From IMG/VR virus record IMGVR_UViG_3300048577_000342: a stretch of DNA of 64,000 nucleotides. The stretch is one strand, 5' to 3'. This document shows, in pieces, positions 26,734 through 36,575 of the stretch (position 1 is the first letter of the stretch; each line of letters begins with the position of its first letter). A program made the position numbers and the translations under genes. The stretch comes from a virus. The notes beneath the pieces are model-generated. The model had not been told where the DNA came from. It was given only the letters and a program-made list of their open reading frames with translations, and did no database searches.

Positions 26734-27318
26734 ATGGCCCGCGGCCTCTCCACCGACGTCCTCAATGCCCTGCGCGCCGAACGGGTCGGCGAGCGCTGGA
26801 TGCTGCGCTTCGACTTCGACGTGGCCGATGGCGGCCCCGTCGGTTTCTGGTCGGGCTCTGTCGACACCACCTTCGAGGGATTGACCTATCGTCCCGGCGG
26901 CGTGCTCGAGCTTGACGTCGTCAGCTACTCGCAGGGCCTCGCCCAGCAGCTCTCGGTCGGCATCCGCACCCTGGCCGACCGCGCCATTCCCGACGCGGCC
27001 GACACCTTCGCTCGCATTGAAACGATCGCCTATATCGGCCGGCCCGTGACTCTCTACTTCGCCCTGCTCGATGCCGAGGGGCGGGTGGTGGACGTGACCC
27101 CGGAATGGTCCGGCAAGTGCGGCCCGGTCGAGCACGAACGCGACACCGCCAAGGGCGAAGTCTCCGCCGTGATGACCCTGGAGAGCGATTCCTTCGACCA
27201 CGGCCGCAAGGAAACCGCCACCTTCTCGCCGGCCCTGTTCCGCTCCGCCAATCCCGGTGACGCCTTCTTCGACAGCGTCGCGGTCACCAAGTCGATCAAG
27301 ATCAAGGTTGGAAGATGA
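26734..27318 (+). CDS. Minor tail/baseplate hub protein
   Basis: GFWSG, PGDAFFD; position. Confidence 0.6.
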   Translation: MARGLSTDVLNALRAERVGERWMLRFDFDVADGGPVGFWSGSVDTTFEGLTYRPGGVLELDVVSYSQGLAQQLSVGIRTLADRAIPDAADTFARIETIAYIGRPVTLYFALLDAEGRVVDVTPEWSGKCGPVEHERDTAKGEVSAVMTLESDSFDHGRKETATFSPALFRSANPGDAFFDSVAVTKSIKIKVGR

Positions 27319-27815
27319 GTTCCCTCGTGGACGCATCGCGCCCGCGCAAGCCGAGGGCGCGATCGCGTCGGAAGCCCGACGGTGTCGCCAAGGCCTCCCT
27401 GTTGCGAGCCCCGCCGCGCAAGCGCGTCTGGCTGCCGGCCTTCCGGGAGGAGATGGCGCGGCTCCGGTCACTCCAGCCGGGCTGGGGACGGCTAGACTGC
27501 GTCACCCTCTGCCGCGACATGGTGGTGGCTCTCACCGCCGCCGACGCCAGCGCCTGGCCCTCCGGCTGGACCGATGAGGCCTCCGCCCGCCGCGTCATGG
27601 CGCGTCACGGCTTCGCCGATGTCGGCGCGGTGCTCGCCGCCGTGCTCGAGGAGATTCCGCCGGCCTTCGCCCGCCAGGGCGATGTCGGCACGGTCGCGGG
27701 TCCGGACGGGCCGGCCGGCTGCATCGTCATCGGCGAGACCCTCGCCATCGTCCGCGCCGATGGCCTGTCGGTCACCGCGCCGCGGCACCTGCTGACCCGG
27801 GCCTTCCGCGTCTGA
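27315..27815 (+). CDS. NlpC/P60-like tail protein
   Basis: WGRLDCVTL, ARQGDVG; start uncertain. Confidence 0.65.
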   Translation: MSSLVDASRPRKPRARSRRKPDGVAKASLLRAPPRKRVWLPAFREEMARLRSLQPGWGRLDCVTLCRDMVVALTAADASAWPSGWTDEASARRVMARHGFADVGAVLAAVLEEIPPAFARQGDVGTVAGPDGPAGCIVIGETLAIVRADGLSVTAPRHLLTRAFRV

Positions 27816-27818
27816 TCC

Positions 27819-30800
27819 ATGATCCTTGCACCCATCGTCGCGGCTCTCTCGTCTGTCCTCGTCGCTGCCGGCATTCCGCTGGTCGCGGCGCAGGCGATCG
27901 TCGGCATCGGCCTTGCCGCCGGCATGTATGCGCTGCAGCGGCTGCTCACGCCGCGCCAGCGCCCGCCGGGGCAGGAGTTCGAGGCCAAGGCCGGTGCCAA
28001 CGTGCCGATGTTTTGCGTCTATGGCCGGCAGAAGCTGCAAGGGGGCATTATGCCGCCGGTGCAGACCGGCCGCCGGGTGCTGCATGTCCGCCTCATCGGC
28101 ATCGACTGGCACGATGCCATGGAGGCCATCGTCATCGACGGCGAGCGCTGTCGCTTCAACGGCATCGACGGGCAGTGGTCCAATGCCGGCAAGCAGTTCC
28201 AGGGCGGTATCCTTGGCGATACCGACCCCGGCGGCGACGGCACCCATCTCGGCGACCCGCCCTGGACCCCCGGCCTCCAGTCAGCCGGCGCCGACGGCTC
28301 GGGCTGGGTGACCACCAAGGAATACGGCAACAACGTCAAGGTGAAGTTCTATGACGGGCGCCCGGTGCAGAACGCCGATGCGACGCTCGTCGCCCAGTCC
28401 GGCTCCGATGCCCAGGGCAACAAGTTCTGGACTGCCGACCACAAGGGCGGCGGCGTCTGCTACGCCATCGTCGACATCGAGCCGGATTCCAACAAGAACC
28501 TCTCGGCCAATCCGCAGATCGAGTTCATCGTCCGCGGCCGGCGCCTCTGGGATCCGCGCAAGGACACGACCTATGGCGGCACTGGCAGCCATTCCCGCGC
28601 CGACAAGGCGACCTGGGAGTGGAGCGACAATGTCGCTCTCGCCGCGACCGACTACCGCCTCGGCGTCTACATCGGCGGCGTGAAGATGATGGGCATCGGC
28701 ACGCCCATCGCCCGGATCCGCATGGACAGCCGCATCGCCGCGGCGAACCTCTGCGACACGCCGCGCCCGCTCCTCGACGACGAGGAAGAGCCGATGTGGC
28801 GCATCGCGGCGGTCATCACCAACGAGCGCACCCACCGCGACAACCTGCAGATCTTCTATGATGCCATGGCCGGCTGGGAGACCGAGCGTGGCGGCACCTA
28901 TCGTCTCACCGCCGGCGGGCCGCAGACGCCGGTGGTGGCCATCACCGACGCCGACCTGGTGAAGGGCCCGCGCCGCTACAAGGCAAAGAAGCCGCGCTCC
29001 GACCGCTACAATGCCGTGGCCGGCAAGTTCGCCGATCCCTGGAATGCTTTCGAGCTGCAGGATCTGCCCCTGCGCACCTCCTCGGAGGACGAGGCGATCG
29101 ACGGCGGCGAGCGGCTGACCATGACACTCACCCTCTCGCAGGTGCCGAGCCAGACGCAGGCGCAGCACCTGATGGAGATCGCCCGCCGGCGCATGCGCCT
29201 GCAGGCGACCGCCACCGTCGCCGTGCCGCCGCGGCTGCGCGACGCCGAGACCATGGACACCGTCACCTGGGCCTCCACCTATCACGGTGGCGAGCCCAGA
29301 GAGTTCCACATCCAGCAGTGGAAGAAGCAGCGCGACCTGACGCTGTCCTGGGGTCTCGTCGAGACCTCGCCCGACATCTGGGACTGGGATCCGGAGGCGG
29401 ACCAGCTCGACCCGCTGGTGGCGGCCGACCTGCCCTCGGCGGCGGAGCGGCTGGCGACCGTCGCCGGCTTCGCCGTAGCGGCCAGCTACGATGTCGGCGA
29501 GGGCGGCCAGAAGCTCCCCGTTTTCCTCTGCTCCTGGACGCCGATCGCCGACCTGGCGGTGGATGCCGTCATCGTCCGCTACCGGCCGGTGGGTGCCACC
29601 GACTGGTCGCAGCAGCGCTTCGACACGACGGACACGCTGGCCGCCGGCGGTCCCGGCAAAGTCGATTCCGGCATCCAGGCCGAGACGGACTACGAGTTCG
29701 AGGCGGACCTCGTCACCACGCCGCCGCGCTACACGACCGTGCAGACGCCGGCGCCGGTGACCTCCGACCCGAACCACGTGGTGAAGAAGGCGATCATCAC
29801 CGACACGGTGGAGCCGGGCGGGGTGGACTGGGCGACCTTCGATCCTGCGGTCTCCGCCGGCCTCACCGCCATGGCGGCGCAGCTGAAGGCGGCGCGGGAC
29901 CTCGTGGAGCAGGTGACGGCCTCGCAGCAGGCGCTCGAGCAGGCGGTGCTCGATGGCGCTGCGGTGCAGGTCAAGAAGCTGGAGTCTGTGCGGGGCTCGG
30001 CGCGAGCCGAACTGTCGGACGTGCAGATCGCGCTCGCCGGCGCCGATGCCGCGCTGACGGTGCGGATGGAGAGCGCCGAGAGCGCCATCGGTGCCAATAC
30101 TGCATCGATCGGCACGCTGGAGACCACGAAGATCACGGAGGCGCAGTCGCTCGCCCTCGCCGAGCAGGTGATGGAGGCCGTCTTCGGAGCCGGCAGCGCG
30201 GGCGTGAAGATGCGGCTCGGCGCGGTGGCGGGGCCGCATTCCTACCTCGCCTATTTCGAGGTCGAGGCCTCGATCACCGGCGATGACGGAACCTACAAGG
30301 CGACGGGCCAGCGCATCGCCATCTATGACGACGGCGGAACGGTCCGCAGCAAGATCCTGTTCACGGCCGACCGCAGCGAATGGCTCGATGCGACGGGCGT
30401 GCCCTTCGCGGTCTTCGATGCGACGACGCGCACGGTGCTCTTCGATCGCTTCAAGTCCGGCGACTTCTCGGAGTTCTTCGAGTTCGCGCGGGCCGAACCC
30501 GGCTCGCACGAGAACGTCGGCACCGGCAACGCCGCGGGCGGCATCGGCAACACCTATCTGCGCTTCTCCTCGCTCGGCACGCTCACGGTCCCGGAGAACC
30601 CCGGCTCGATCGGCGACGGCGCTACCGACGACGACTACTGCCCGGTGGCGGTGCTCATGGACATCACCGCGCGAAACACCAGCAACGGCTGGAACGGCGG
30701 CTCCTACAATCCCATGGTCGTCGCCTACCGGCTGGAGCTCGACGACGGCGCCGGCAACGTCTCCGTCAGCCGCGAGGGCCTCTGCCCCAACTACTCCGGC

Positions 30801-31019
30801 TATTCGCCGACAGGCGGTATCGTCATCTACGGCTTCGGCATGCAGCAGTCGGTGCTCGTCGACATCTTCCAGGCCAAGGCCGGCACCTACAACGTCTACC
30901 TCACGCGCCGCTGGGGCCCGACGACGGCCAATGGCATGCAGCCGGGCGGCGACGGCGCCGGCAACGGCATGCCGCTGAAGATCTCCTCGAACATCACCAT
31001 CCTGCTGCCGAAGAGGTGA
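27819..31019 (+). CDS. Tail tip/central fibre protein (gpJ-like)
   Basis: VYGRQ, IVRGRRLWDPR, WEWSDNVAL, coiled-coil C-terminal part. Confidence 0.85.
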   Translation: MILAPIVAALSSVLVAAGIPLVAAQAIVGIGLAAGMYALQRLLTPRQRPPGQEFEAKAGANVPMFCVYGRQKLQGGIMPPVQTGRRVLHVRLIGIDWHDAMEAIVIDGERCRFNGIDGQWSNAGKQFQGGILGDTDPGGDGTHLGDPPWTPGLQSAGADGSGWVTTKEYGNNVKVKFYDGRPVQNADATLVAQSGSDAQGNKFWTADHKGGGVCYAIVDIEPDSNKNLSANPQIEFIVRGRRLWDPRKDTTYGGTGSHSRADKATWEWSDNVALAATDYRLGVYIGGVKMMGIGTPIARIRMDSRIAAANLCDTPRPLLDDEEEPMWRIAAVITNERTHRDNLQIFYDAMAGWETERGGTYRLTAGGPQTPVVAITDADLVKGPRRYKAKKPRSDRYNAVAGKFADPWNAFELQDLPLRTSSEDEAIDGGERLTMTLTLSQVPSQTQAQHLMEIARRRMRLQATATVAVPPRLRDAETMDTVTWASTYHGGEPREFHIQQWKKQRDLTLSWGLVETSPDIWDWDPEADQLDPLVAADLPSAAERLATVAGFAVAASYDVGEGGQKLPVFLCSWTPIADLAVDAVIVRYRPVGATDWSQQRFDTTDTLAAGGPGKVDSGIQAETDYEFEADLVTTPPRYTTVQTPAPVTSDPNHVVKKAIITDTVEPGGVDWATFDPAVSAGLTAMAAQLKAARDLVEQVTASQQALEQAVLDGAAVQVKKLESVRGSARAELSDVQIALAGADAALTVRMESAESAIGANTASIGTLETTKITEAQSLALAEQVMEAVFGAGSAGVKMRLGAVAGPHSYLAYFEVEASITGDDGTYKATGQRIAIYDDGGTVRSKILFTADRSEWLDATGVPFAVFDATTRTVLFDRFKSGDFSEFFEFARAEPGSHENVGTGNAAGGIGNTYLRFSSLGTLTVPENPGSIGDGATDDDYCPVAVLMDITARNTSNGWNGGSYNPMVVAYRLELDDGAGNVSVSREGLCPNYSGYSPTGGIVIYGFGMQQSVLVDIFQAKAGTYNVYLTRRWGPTTANGMQPGGDGAGNGMPLKISSNITILLPKR

Positions 31020-31022
31020 GGC

Positions 31023-31298
31023 GTGGACATCGAGAAGCTGCTCATCCGCCGCGATGCTTCGAGCCTCTTGCGCGGCGGCATCGGCGAGGAAGACGACCTC
31101 GTTTTCATGTCGACGGACCCCGGTCGCCACGCGGCGCTTATCGCGCGCCTCCGGGACGCGGAGGAGACGGGGAAGCCGGTCGCGCTGCCGTGGTCGAGCG
31201 CGCTCTGGCGCATCTCGGCCACCCACACGCTCGGCGATCCCGAGACCTTCTACGCCTTCGGCCGCATGGCCGACCCGGCCGAGATCGTGACCGCCTGA
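31023..31298 (+). CDS. Small tail-associated protein
   Basis: GTG start with GAGG RBS. Confidence 0.5.
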   Translation: MDIEKLLIRRDASSLLRGGIGEEDDLVFMSTDPGRHAALIARLRDAEETGKPVALPWSSALWRISATHTLGDPETFYAFGRMADPAEIVTA

Positions 31299-31347
31299 CC
31301 CTCGACCTCTTCTTCCCCTTCCGCCACCCGGCGAGGAACCCTGACCC

Positions 31348-32982
31348 ATGTCCGACGTCGCCTACATCACCAATGCGGCTGCGACCCTGACCTTCACGGG
31401 GGGGTCGAAGACCGTCACCGTGACCGGCACCAACCCGATCCTCGAGGGCGTGGAGCGCGGAGACCGTGCGGTTGATCCGAACGGAATGGAGCTGGCGATC
31501 GATGTCGTTGCCGCGGGCTCACTGACCCTGCTGCGGAACGCCCCGACCTCCGGCACGGTGCAGTTCGACGTTGCGCCGGTCTCGCGGCTGCGCACCTCGC
31601 TCGCTGCGAATGCCGAGGTGACGCGCGAGGTCTATGCGAAGCTCCTGGCCGCTTCCGAGGACAACCGCTCGATTCCGGTGATCAGCCAGGCAACCGCCCC
31701 GCCGGGGTCGCCGGCGGACGGGGACCGCCACCTCGTCATCGCGACCGCCACCGGCGCCTTCGCCGGCAAGGAGGGCTATATCGCGCAGTACGACGCGGCG
31801 AACACGCGCTATATCTTCACCGCGCCGATCGCGGGCATGACGGTGACAGTGGATGGCGCCGCAACCAGGCTGCAATATACCGGCTCGGCCTGGGTTGCGG
31901 CTGGCGCCGATGCCTTCGCTGCCCTTGCCGGTGCGACCTTCACCGGCGACGTGAGCCTGACCTCGCTCAATGGCGGCCCGCTCGGCGGCTTCCGCAATCT
32001 GCTGATTAATCCCATGGGGCGGATCAACCAGCGACTGGCATCATCCAACGCCGACGACACCTACGGGCACGACCGATGGAACGTGCTGACACAGACCGGG
32101 GCCGTCGCCGTGTCGGCGCTTTCCGACGTCGAGAACGGCCTGCCGTCGATGATGCGCATGACGCAGAGCCAGGCGACCGCCCAGCGCATGGGCATCTCGC
32201 AGATTGTCGAGAGCGTCAACTGCAAGCACCTGCGCGGCGAGCCGGTGACCCTCTCCGGCCGGGTGCGCTGCTCGGCCGCAGCGACCCTGCGGTATGCCAT
32301 CCTCGAATGGACTAGCACTGCCGACAGCGTGACCTCCGACGTCGTCAACGACTGGACGAGCAGCACCTACACCGCCGGCAACTTCTTCCTCGCATCGAAC
32401 CTTACAGTGACGGCGGTCGGATCGCTGGCCCTTTCCGCGAACACCCTGACCGACCTGACGGCACTGACCGGCACGCTCGGCTCGTCCATGAACAACCTGA
32501 TCGTGCTGATCTGGACCGAAGGCACTGTCGCCCAGAACGTCACCATGGACTATGCCTTGCAGCTCGAACAAGGATCGGTTGCAGCCCCGCGCGAGGTCCG
32601 GCCCATCACGACCGAATTGCACCTCTGTCAGCGGTACTATTGCAAGAGCTTCACGCTTTCGCAGGCCCCCGCCGAAGGCATAGGGTCGAACTGGTACGCG
32701 GGATTTGCCTGGACGACAGTTGGCGTCGGCGTCGCCAGCATCCTTTTCCCCGTGCAGATGCGGGCGAACCCGAGCGTCACCTTTTTCAAGTCGAACCAGG
32801 CTGGCGGCACGGACACGCATTGGCAGTGGTACGACGGCGCCGCATACCAGGACAGCAGCGTCACGGCCCTGTCAGGGACGCTGACGGTCAACGGCATGTC
32901 GGTGAACCTCACAGTCACGGGCGCCACCCAAGGCCGCGCCTACATCGTCCAGGGTAACTGGGTCGCGAGTGTGGAGCTTTGA
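31348..32982 (+). CDS. Tail fibre/receptor-binding protein (DUF2793-like domain)
   Basis: PPGSPADGDRHLV...GAFAG, RNLLINP, ELHLCQRYY. Confidence 0.8.
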   Translation: MSDVAYITNAAATLTFTGGSKTVTVTGTNPILEGVERGDRAVDPNGMELAIDVVAAGSLTLLRNAPTSGTVQFDVAPVSRLRTSLAANAEVTREVYAKLLAASEDNRSIPVISQATAPPGSPADGDRHLVIATATGAFAGKEGYIAQYDAANTRYIFTAPIAGMTVTVDGAATRLQYTGSAWVAAGADAFAALAGATFTGDVSLTSLNGGPLGGFRNLLINPMGRINQRLASSNADDTYGHDRWNVLTQTGAVAVSALSDVENGLPSMMRMTQSQATAQRMGISQIVESVNCKHLRGEPVTLSGRVRCSAAATLRYAILEWTSTADSVTSDVVNDWTSSTYTAGNFFLASNLTVTAVGSLALSANTLTDLTALTGTLGSSMNNLIVLIWTEGTVAQNVTMDYALQLEQGSVAAPREVRPITTELHLCQRYYCKSFTLSQAPAEGIGSNWYAGFAWTTVGVGVASILFPVQMRANPSVTFFKSNQAGGTDTHWQWYDGAAYQDSSVTALSGTLTVNGMSVNLTVTGATQGRAYIVQGNWVASVEL

Positions 32983-32984
32983 CC

Positions 32985-33521
32985 ATGACGACCACCGCAC
33001 GTTTTTCTTCTCCCGACATCATCGAAGTGACGCGGGATGGCCGGGTCTTCTATGTGCCCGACGACATGGCGAATGCCGACAGAGCGGAACTGGATGCCGG
33101 CGGTGTTGAGATTGCCCCGTTCTCAGCGCCGCCACCGACGCGAGAGAGCGTCAAGGAAGAGATCGACACGATCTGGCTGACCAAGCACACCGCAGGCTAC
33201 CCGCACGATTTTGGAGGGGCCTACGGCGTCAAGCTTCTCCAGACACGCGAGAGCGATCAACCATTCTGGCTTGCCCTTGCGCAGGTCGCGTCAATCATGG
33301 TGGCGCAGGGCGGCGGCGCATCCTCTTGCGGGGCAATTCGCACAGCAGACAACACCAACGTGCCCGTAACGGCTTCAGAGGCGCTTGCCGCCATGCTCGG
33401 GATGCAAGCCCACCTCGGCGAGATCCTCGCCCACAGTTGGTCCTTGAAGGATCAGGTGACCGAGGCAGATGACATGGACGCAGTGCTGGCGATCGACATC
33501 AACGCAGGCTGGCCGGCGTGA
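32985..33521 (+). CDS. Tail fibre assembly-type protein (DUF4376-like)
   Basis: RTADNTNVPVT, C-terminal IDINAGWP. Confidence 0.65.
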   Translation: MTTTARFSSPDIIEVTRDGRVFYVPDDMANADRAELDAGGVEIAPFSAPPPTRESVKEEIDTIWLTKHTAGYPHDFGGAYGVKLLQTRESDQPFWLALAQVASIMVAQGGGASSCGAIRTADNTNVPVTASEALAAMLGMQAHLGEILAHSWSLKDQVTEADDMDAVLAIDINAGWPA

Positions 33522-33614
33522 TGCCGCCCTGGCGCTGGCACTCATCGCCGCCGCGCCCCTCTACATCCTGATCCTCACCGGCCGCTTCGACGGCTGATCG
33601 GATAGCCCCCCCCC

Positions 33615-33818
33615 ATGACCGCCCCGAACATCTCCGAAGCCCTGGTCACCGAGACCGGGCCGATGGCGCTCGTCGTCTTCGCCGGCCTCGCCTTCGCCGC
33701 GCTGGCGGCGGCGGCCGTCATCCACGCCAACACCGATTCCGACCAGCCCCAGGGAGGCCGCCATGAACGCATGGCCGAAGCAGTCCGACGTGCTTGCCTA
33801 TCGCTCCGTCTATGGTGA
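33615..33818 (+). CDS. Small single-TM protein upstream of the endolysin
   Basis: Hydrophobic ALVVFAGLAFAALAAAAVI; overlaps the endolysin start. Confidence 0.4.
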   Translation: MTAPNISEALVTETGPMALVVFAGLAFAALAAAAVIHANTDSDQPQGGRHERMAEAVRRACLSLRLW

Positions 33819-34296
33819 CCCGCGCGGGCCCGGCGGCGGGGTGGTCTCCGACGCCTGGCGGCGCGCCAATCTGGTGACGGTGCCGCCGCCCTTCGCCATG
33901 GCCATGGGCGAGATCCGCATCACCAGGATCACCATCCACCGTCACTGTGCCGAGAGCCTCGCCCGGGTGCTCGCCGACATCTGGGAGCGCTCCGGCCGCG
34001 ACCAGGCGGTGATCGACGACTGGGGCATGTCGGTCTTCTCCGGCTCGTTCAACTACCGCGTCATGCGCGGGCTCTCGACCCTGTCGATGCACGCCTTCGG
34101 CTGCGCTGTGGACTTCGACGCGCCGCGCAACGGCCTCGGCGACCCGACGCCGCACTTTGCCACCTGTCCGGAGGTGCTGGCCGCCTTCGCCGCCGAGGGC
34201 TGGACCTGGGGCGGCGACTGGAACGGCAACGGCTCCATGGCCGACCAGCGCCGCCACGACGGCATGCACTGGCAGGCCACCCAGCCGATCCGGTGA
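33763..34296 (+). CDS. Endolysin, M15 family peptidase
   Basis: FNYR, SMHAFGCAVDFD, WGGDW, DGMHWQ. Confidence 0.88.
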   Translation: MNAWPKQSDVLAYRSVYGDPRGPGGGVVSDAWRRANLVTVPPPFAMAMGEIRITRITIHRHCAESLARVLADIWERSGRDQAVIDDWGMSVFSGSFNYRVMRGLSTLSMHAFGCAVDFDAPRNGLGDPTPHFATCPEVLAAFAAEGWTWGGDWNGNGSMADQRRHDGMHWQATQPIR

Positions 34297-34300
34297 CGCC

Positions 34301-34576
34301 ATGGCCCGCACCCTGAAACGTCCCACCTACGGCTTCACCCGCCGCGCCCTGAAAATGGGCTTCGCCGGCTCCGGCGCCGCCTTCTTCCTGCTGCTCGGCG
34401 GCGGCCTGTTCGGCGACGAGCAGCTCGCCGCCCGCTCTGCGACGCTGGCGCCGCTGTTCCTGCCGACGATCGCCGCCGTGCTGCTCGGCACGCTCGGCAT
34501 CCACCGCTTCGCCGGCGCCATGGACTATCGCAGCCAGGCCATGGCCCCGGTGGATCCCGAGACGGAGGGCGGCTGA
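34301..34576 (+). CDS. Putative holin (2 TM)
   Basis: Basic N-terminus and two hydrophobic helices, between endolysin and spanin. Confidence 0.6.
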   Translation: MARTLKRPTYGFTRRALKMGFAGSGAAFFLLLGGGLFGDEQLAARSATLAPLFLPTIAAVLLGTLGIHRFAGAMDYRSQAMAPVDPETEGG

Positions 34577-35010
34577 TGTTCGGCATCTCGAAGCCGATCG
34601 TCATCGGCGTCGCCGCCCTGGCGCTGGCGGCGGCCCTCACCGGGGCTGTGGCAACCGCGCTGGTGGCGTATCGCGGCGCGATCGACGATGCCCGCACCGC
34701 CGGCGCCAAGGCCGCCACCGAGGCGCGCGACGCGCACTGGAAGAGCGAGATCGCCCGCTCCAACCAGGCGGTGGCCGAAGCCCGCCTGAAGGCCGCCGAG
34801 GCCGCCATGGAAGCCGACCGCGTCGCCCGCGCCGCGGAGGCCCGCGAATCCACCCTGCAAGCCGAACTGGAGAGAGCCAATGCGGCGCTTCCTGATACTG
34901 GGGCCGGTGGCCTGTCTCGTGAGCGCGTGTGCCTCCTCTCCCCCGCCAGTTGTGCGGACGCAGCTGCTGCGCCCGGCCGTGCCGGCCGAGGCGCAGCGCC
35001 GCTGCGATGA
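34576..35010 (+). CDS. i-spanin (Rz-like)
   Basis: N-terminal TM followed by a coiled coil. Confidence 0.75.
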   Translation: MFGISKPIVIGVAALALAAALTGAVATALVAYRGAIDDARTAGAKAATEARDAHWKSEIARSNQAVAEARLKAAEAAMEADRVARAAEARESTLQAELERANAALPDTGAGGLSRERVCLLSPASCADAAAAPGRAGRGAAPLR

Positions 35011-35191
35011 TCCTGTGGCGCTGCCCGGTCGGCGCCTGACGGAGCGCGAGGTGACGAGCCTCTGGGGCCGCGACCGCTCGGCGCTGAGGACATGCGAGGA
35101 ACGCCGGGCGGCGGCGGTGGGCGCGGCCGTCTCGCTCGGCGACGTAGAGACCGGCGGCGGCCCCGCGGCTGCGGCAGCGCAGGGGAGGTAG
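34880..35191 (+). CDS. o-spanin lipoprotein (Rz1-like), overlapping the i-spanin
   Basis: Lipobox VSAC, Pro-rich; +1 frame overlap. Confidence 0.75.
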   Translation: MRRFLILGPVACLVSACASSPPPVVRTQLLRPAVPAEAQRRCDDPVALPGRRLTEREVTSLWGRDRSALRTCEERRAAAVGAAVSLGDVETGGGPAAAAAQGR

Positions 35192-35197
35192 TGCATC

Positions 35198-35794
35198 ATG
35201 TCGGAGCCCCTCACGGACGCCCATCGGATCGCCAAGCTCGAAACGGACTTCACGGTCCTGTCGAACGAGGTGAAGGGCATCGCCAGCGACCTGTCTGCCT
35301 TCGTTGGCGAGCAGCGGGACTTCCGGCAGGAGTGGCGCCGGCAGAAGGAGGCGGAGGCCGCCCAGCAGATCGATGCCGCCCGCGCCTCCGCCGAGAACGC
35401 CAAGGCCGGCCGGGTGACCCTGCCGCAGTTCATCACCATGGGCTCGTCGATCGCCGGCGTGACGGTGATCATCATCGGCGGCCTCATGTGGATGATCCAG
35501 AACGAGACAAAGGCCGCGCGCAACGACGCCATCGCCCAGGTGACGCAGCTCGGCCTTCAGGTTCGTGCGCAGGCCGACACGATCACCTCGACGCAGACGG
35601 CCTTGCAGGTGTTCCAGCGCGACACGGCAATCGACCGGGTGAAGCTCGGCCTGGTCGAGCAATCGGCCGCCAACAGCGCTCGCCTCGTCCAGTCAATGGA
35701 GGGATATGACGCCGTGCACGCGCGGCAGGACGAGCAGATCAAGGCCCTGCAGCAGGCGATCCGCGACATCGCCGCGCGGATGCAGCGGCCATGA
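35198..35794 (+). CDS. Coiled-coil single-TM protein in the lysis region
   Basis: RBS GGGAGG; TM IAGVTVIIIGGLMWMI. Confidence 0.65.
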   Translation: MSEPLTDAHRIAKLETDFTVLSNEVKGIASDLSAFVGEQRDFRQEWRRQKEAEAAQQIDAARASAENAKAGRVTLPQFITMGSSIAGVTVIIIGGLMWMIQNETKAARNDAIAQVTQLGLQVRAQADTITSTQTALQVFQRDTAIDRVKLGLVEQSAANSARLVQSMEGYDAVHARQDEQIKALQQAIRDIAARMQRP

Positions 35795-35985
35795 CGGCGG
35801 GGCCGCTGACCGTCCAGCTCGCCACGGCCCGGGCCTGCGACGGTGTCGTCAGCGTCTCCATCATCGCCGAGACGGCGGAGGTCTCCCTCGTCTTTCCGCC
35901 CATGGCAGCCGCCCGGTTCGCGGCCTTCCTCGTCGAGGCGCTGGGACAGCTGGCGTTGCCGCCGCCGGCGAAGGACCAGGACTAG
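35791..35985 (+). CDS. Small hypothetical protein
   Basis: ATGA coupling. Confidence 0.45.
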   Translation: MTAGPLTVQLATARACDGVVSVSIIAETAEVSLVFPPMAAARFAAFLVEALGQLALPPPAKDQD

Positions 35986-36144
35986 AGATATCCGCGCCGG
36001 CGGTTTCCGGCATCGACAAGATCACCTGCAACGCCGTGGCCCGGTCGAGCCGGGCATGACGTTCTACCTCGACTTCCAGCCGGCCGACTGGCCAGCACTC
36101 CAGCTTCGGCCGCGAATGGCCGGAGGCGCGGTATCGCCCTGCGA

Positions 36145-36215
36145 TGCCCGCAGCCCTCCTTGGGCGTTTCCTCCCGAGACTTGGCCCGCTGCCTCTCGGG
36201 GTGGTGGGCCTTTTT
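36145..36215 (+). ncRNA. MmgR/suhB (alpha-r8)-like small RNA
   Basis: CCCTCCTTGGGCGTTTCCTCCCGAGACTT followed by a GC hairpin and TTTTT, matching my recollection of the family core; 5' end approximate. Confidence 0.65.
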
Positions 36216-36260
36216 CGTCCCGGCGTTGATCCATTGCGGCCGGCCGTGCGTTGATGCTCC

Positions 36261-36497
36261 ATGACCATCCCGCGCCCGAAAACCACCCCGGCCGACCCCG
36301 ACCACGTGCTCGATGCCGAGTTCGCGCTCGAACCCTGGTTTCAGGAGCTCGCGGAGAAGGCAAAGGCGGCCGGCTGGGACGAGGATGTCGTGGCCATGGC
36401 GCTGGCCGGCCTCGCCGAGGCTCACCTCCACATGCGGAAGGCGAACGGCACCACGGATCTCGCCATCAGCCTCGCCCGCGCGAAGCGGCAGCACTAG
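36261..36497 (+). CDS. Hypothetical protein
   Basis: 78-aa helical ORF with phage-like codon usage. Confidence 0.55.
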   Translation: MTIPRPKTTPADPDHVLDAEFALEPWFQELAEKAKAAGWDEDVVAMALAGLAEAHLHMRKANGTTDLAISLARAKRQH

Positions 36498-36575
36498 GCT
36501 TCTGCTTCGGCAGCCTGATCACCGGCACCTTCGACGGCACGACCCCGATGAGCGGGATGATGATGGCGCGGCTCT

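Noticed and set aside
27819-33521. Diversity-generating retroelement or invertible tail-fibre switch
   Set aside because: No reverse transcriptase, invertase, TR/VR pair or flanking inverted repeats seen in the window
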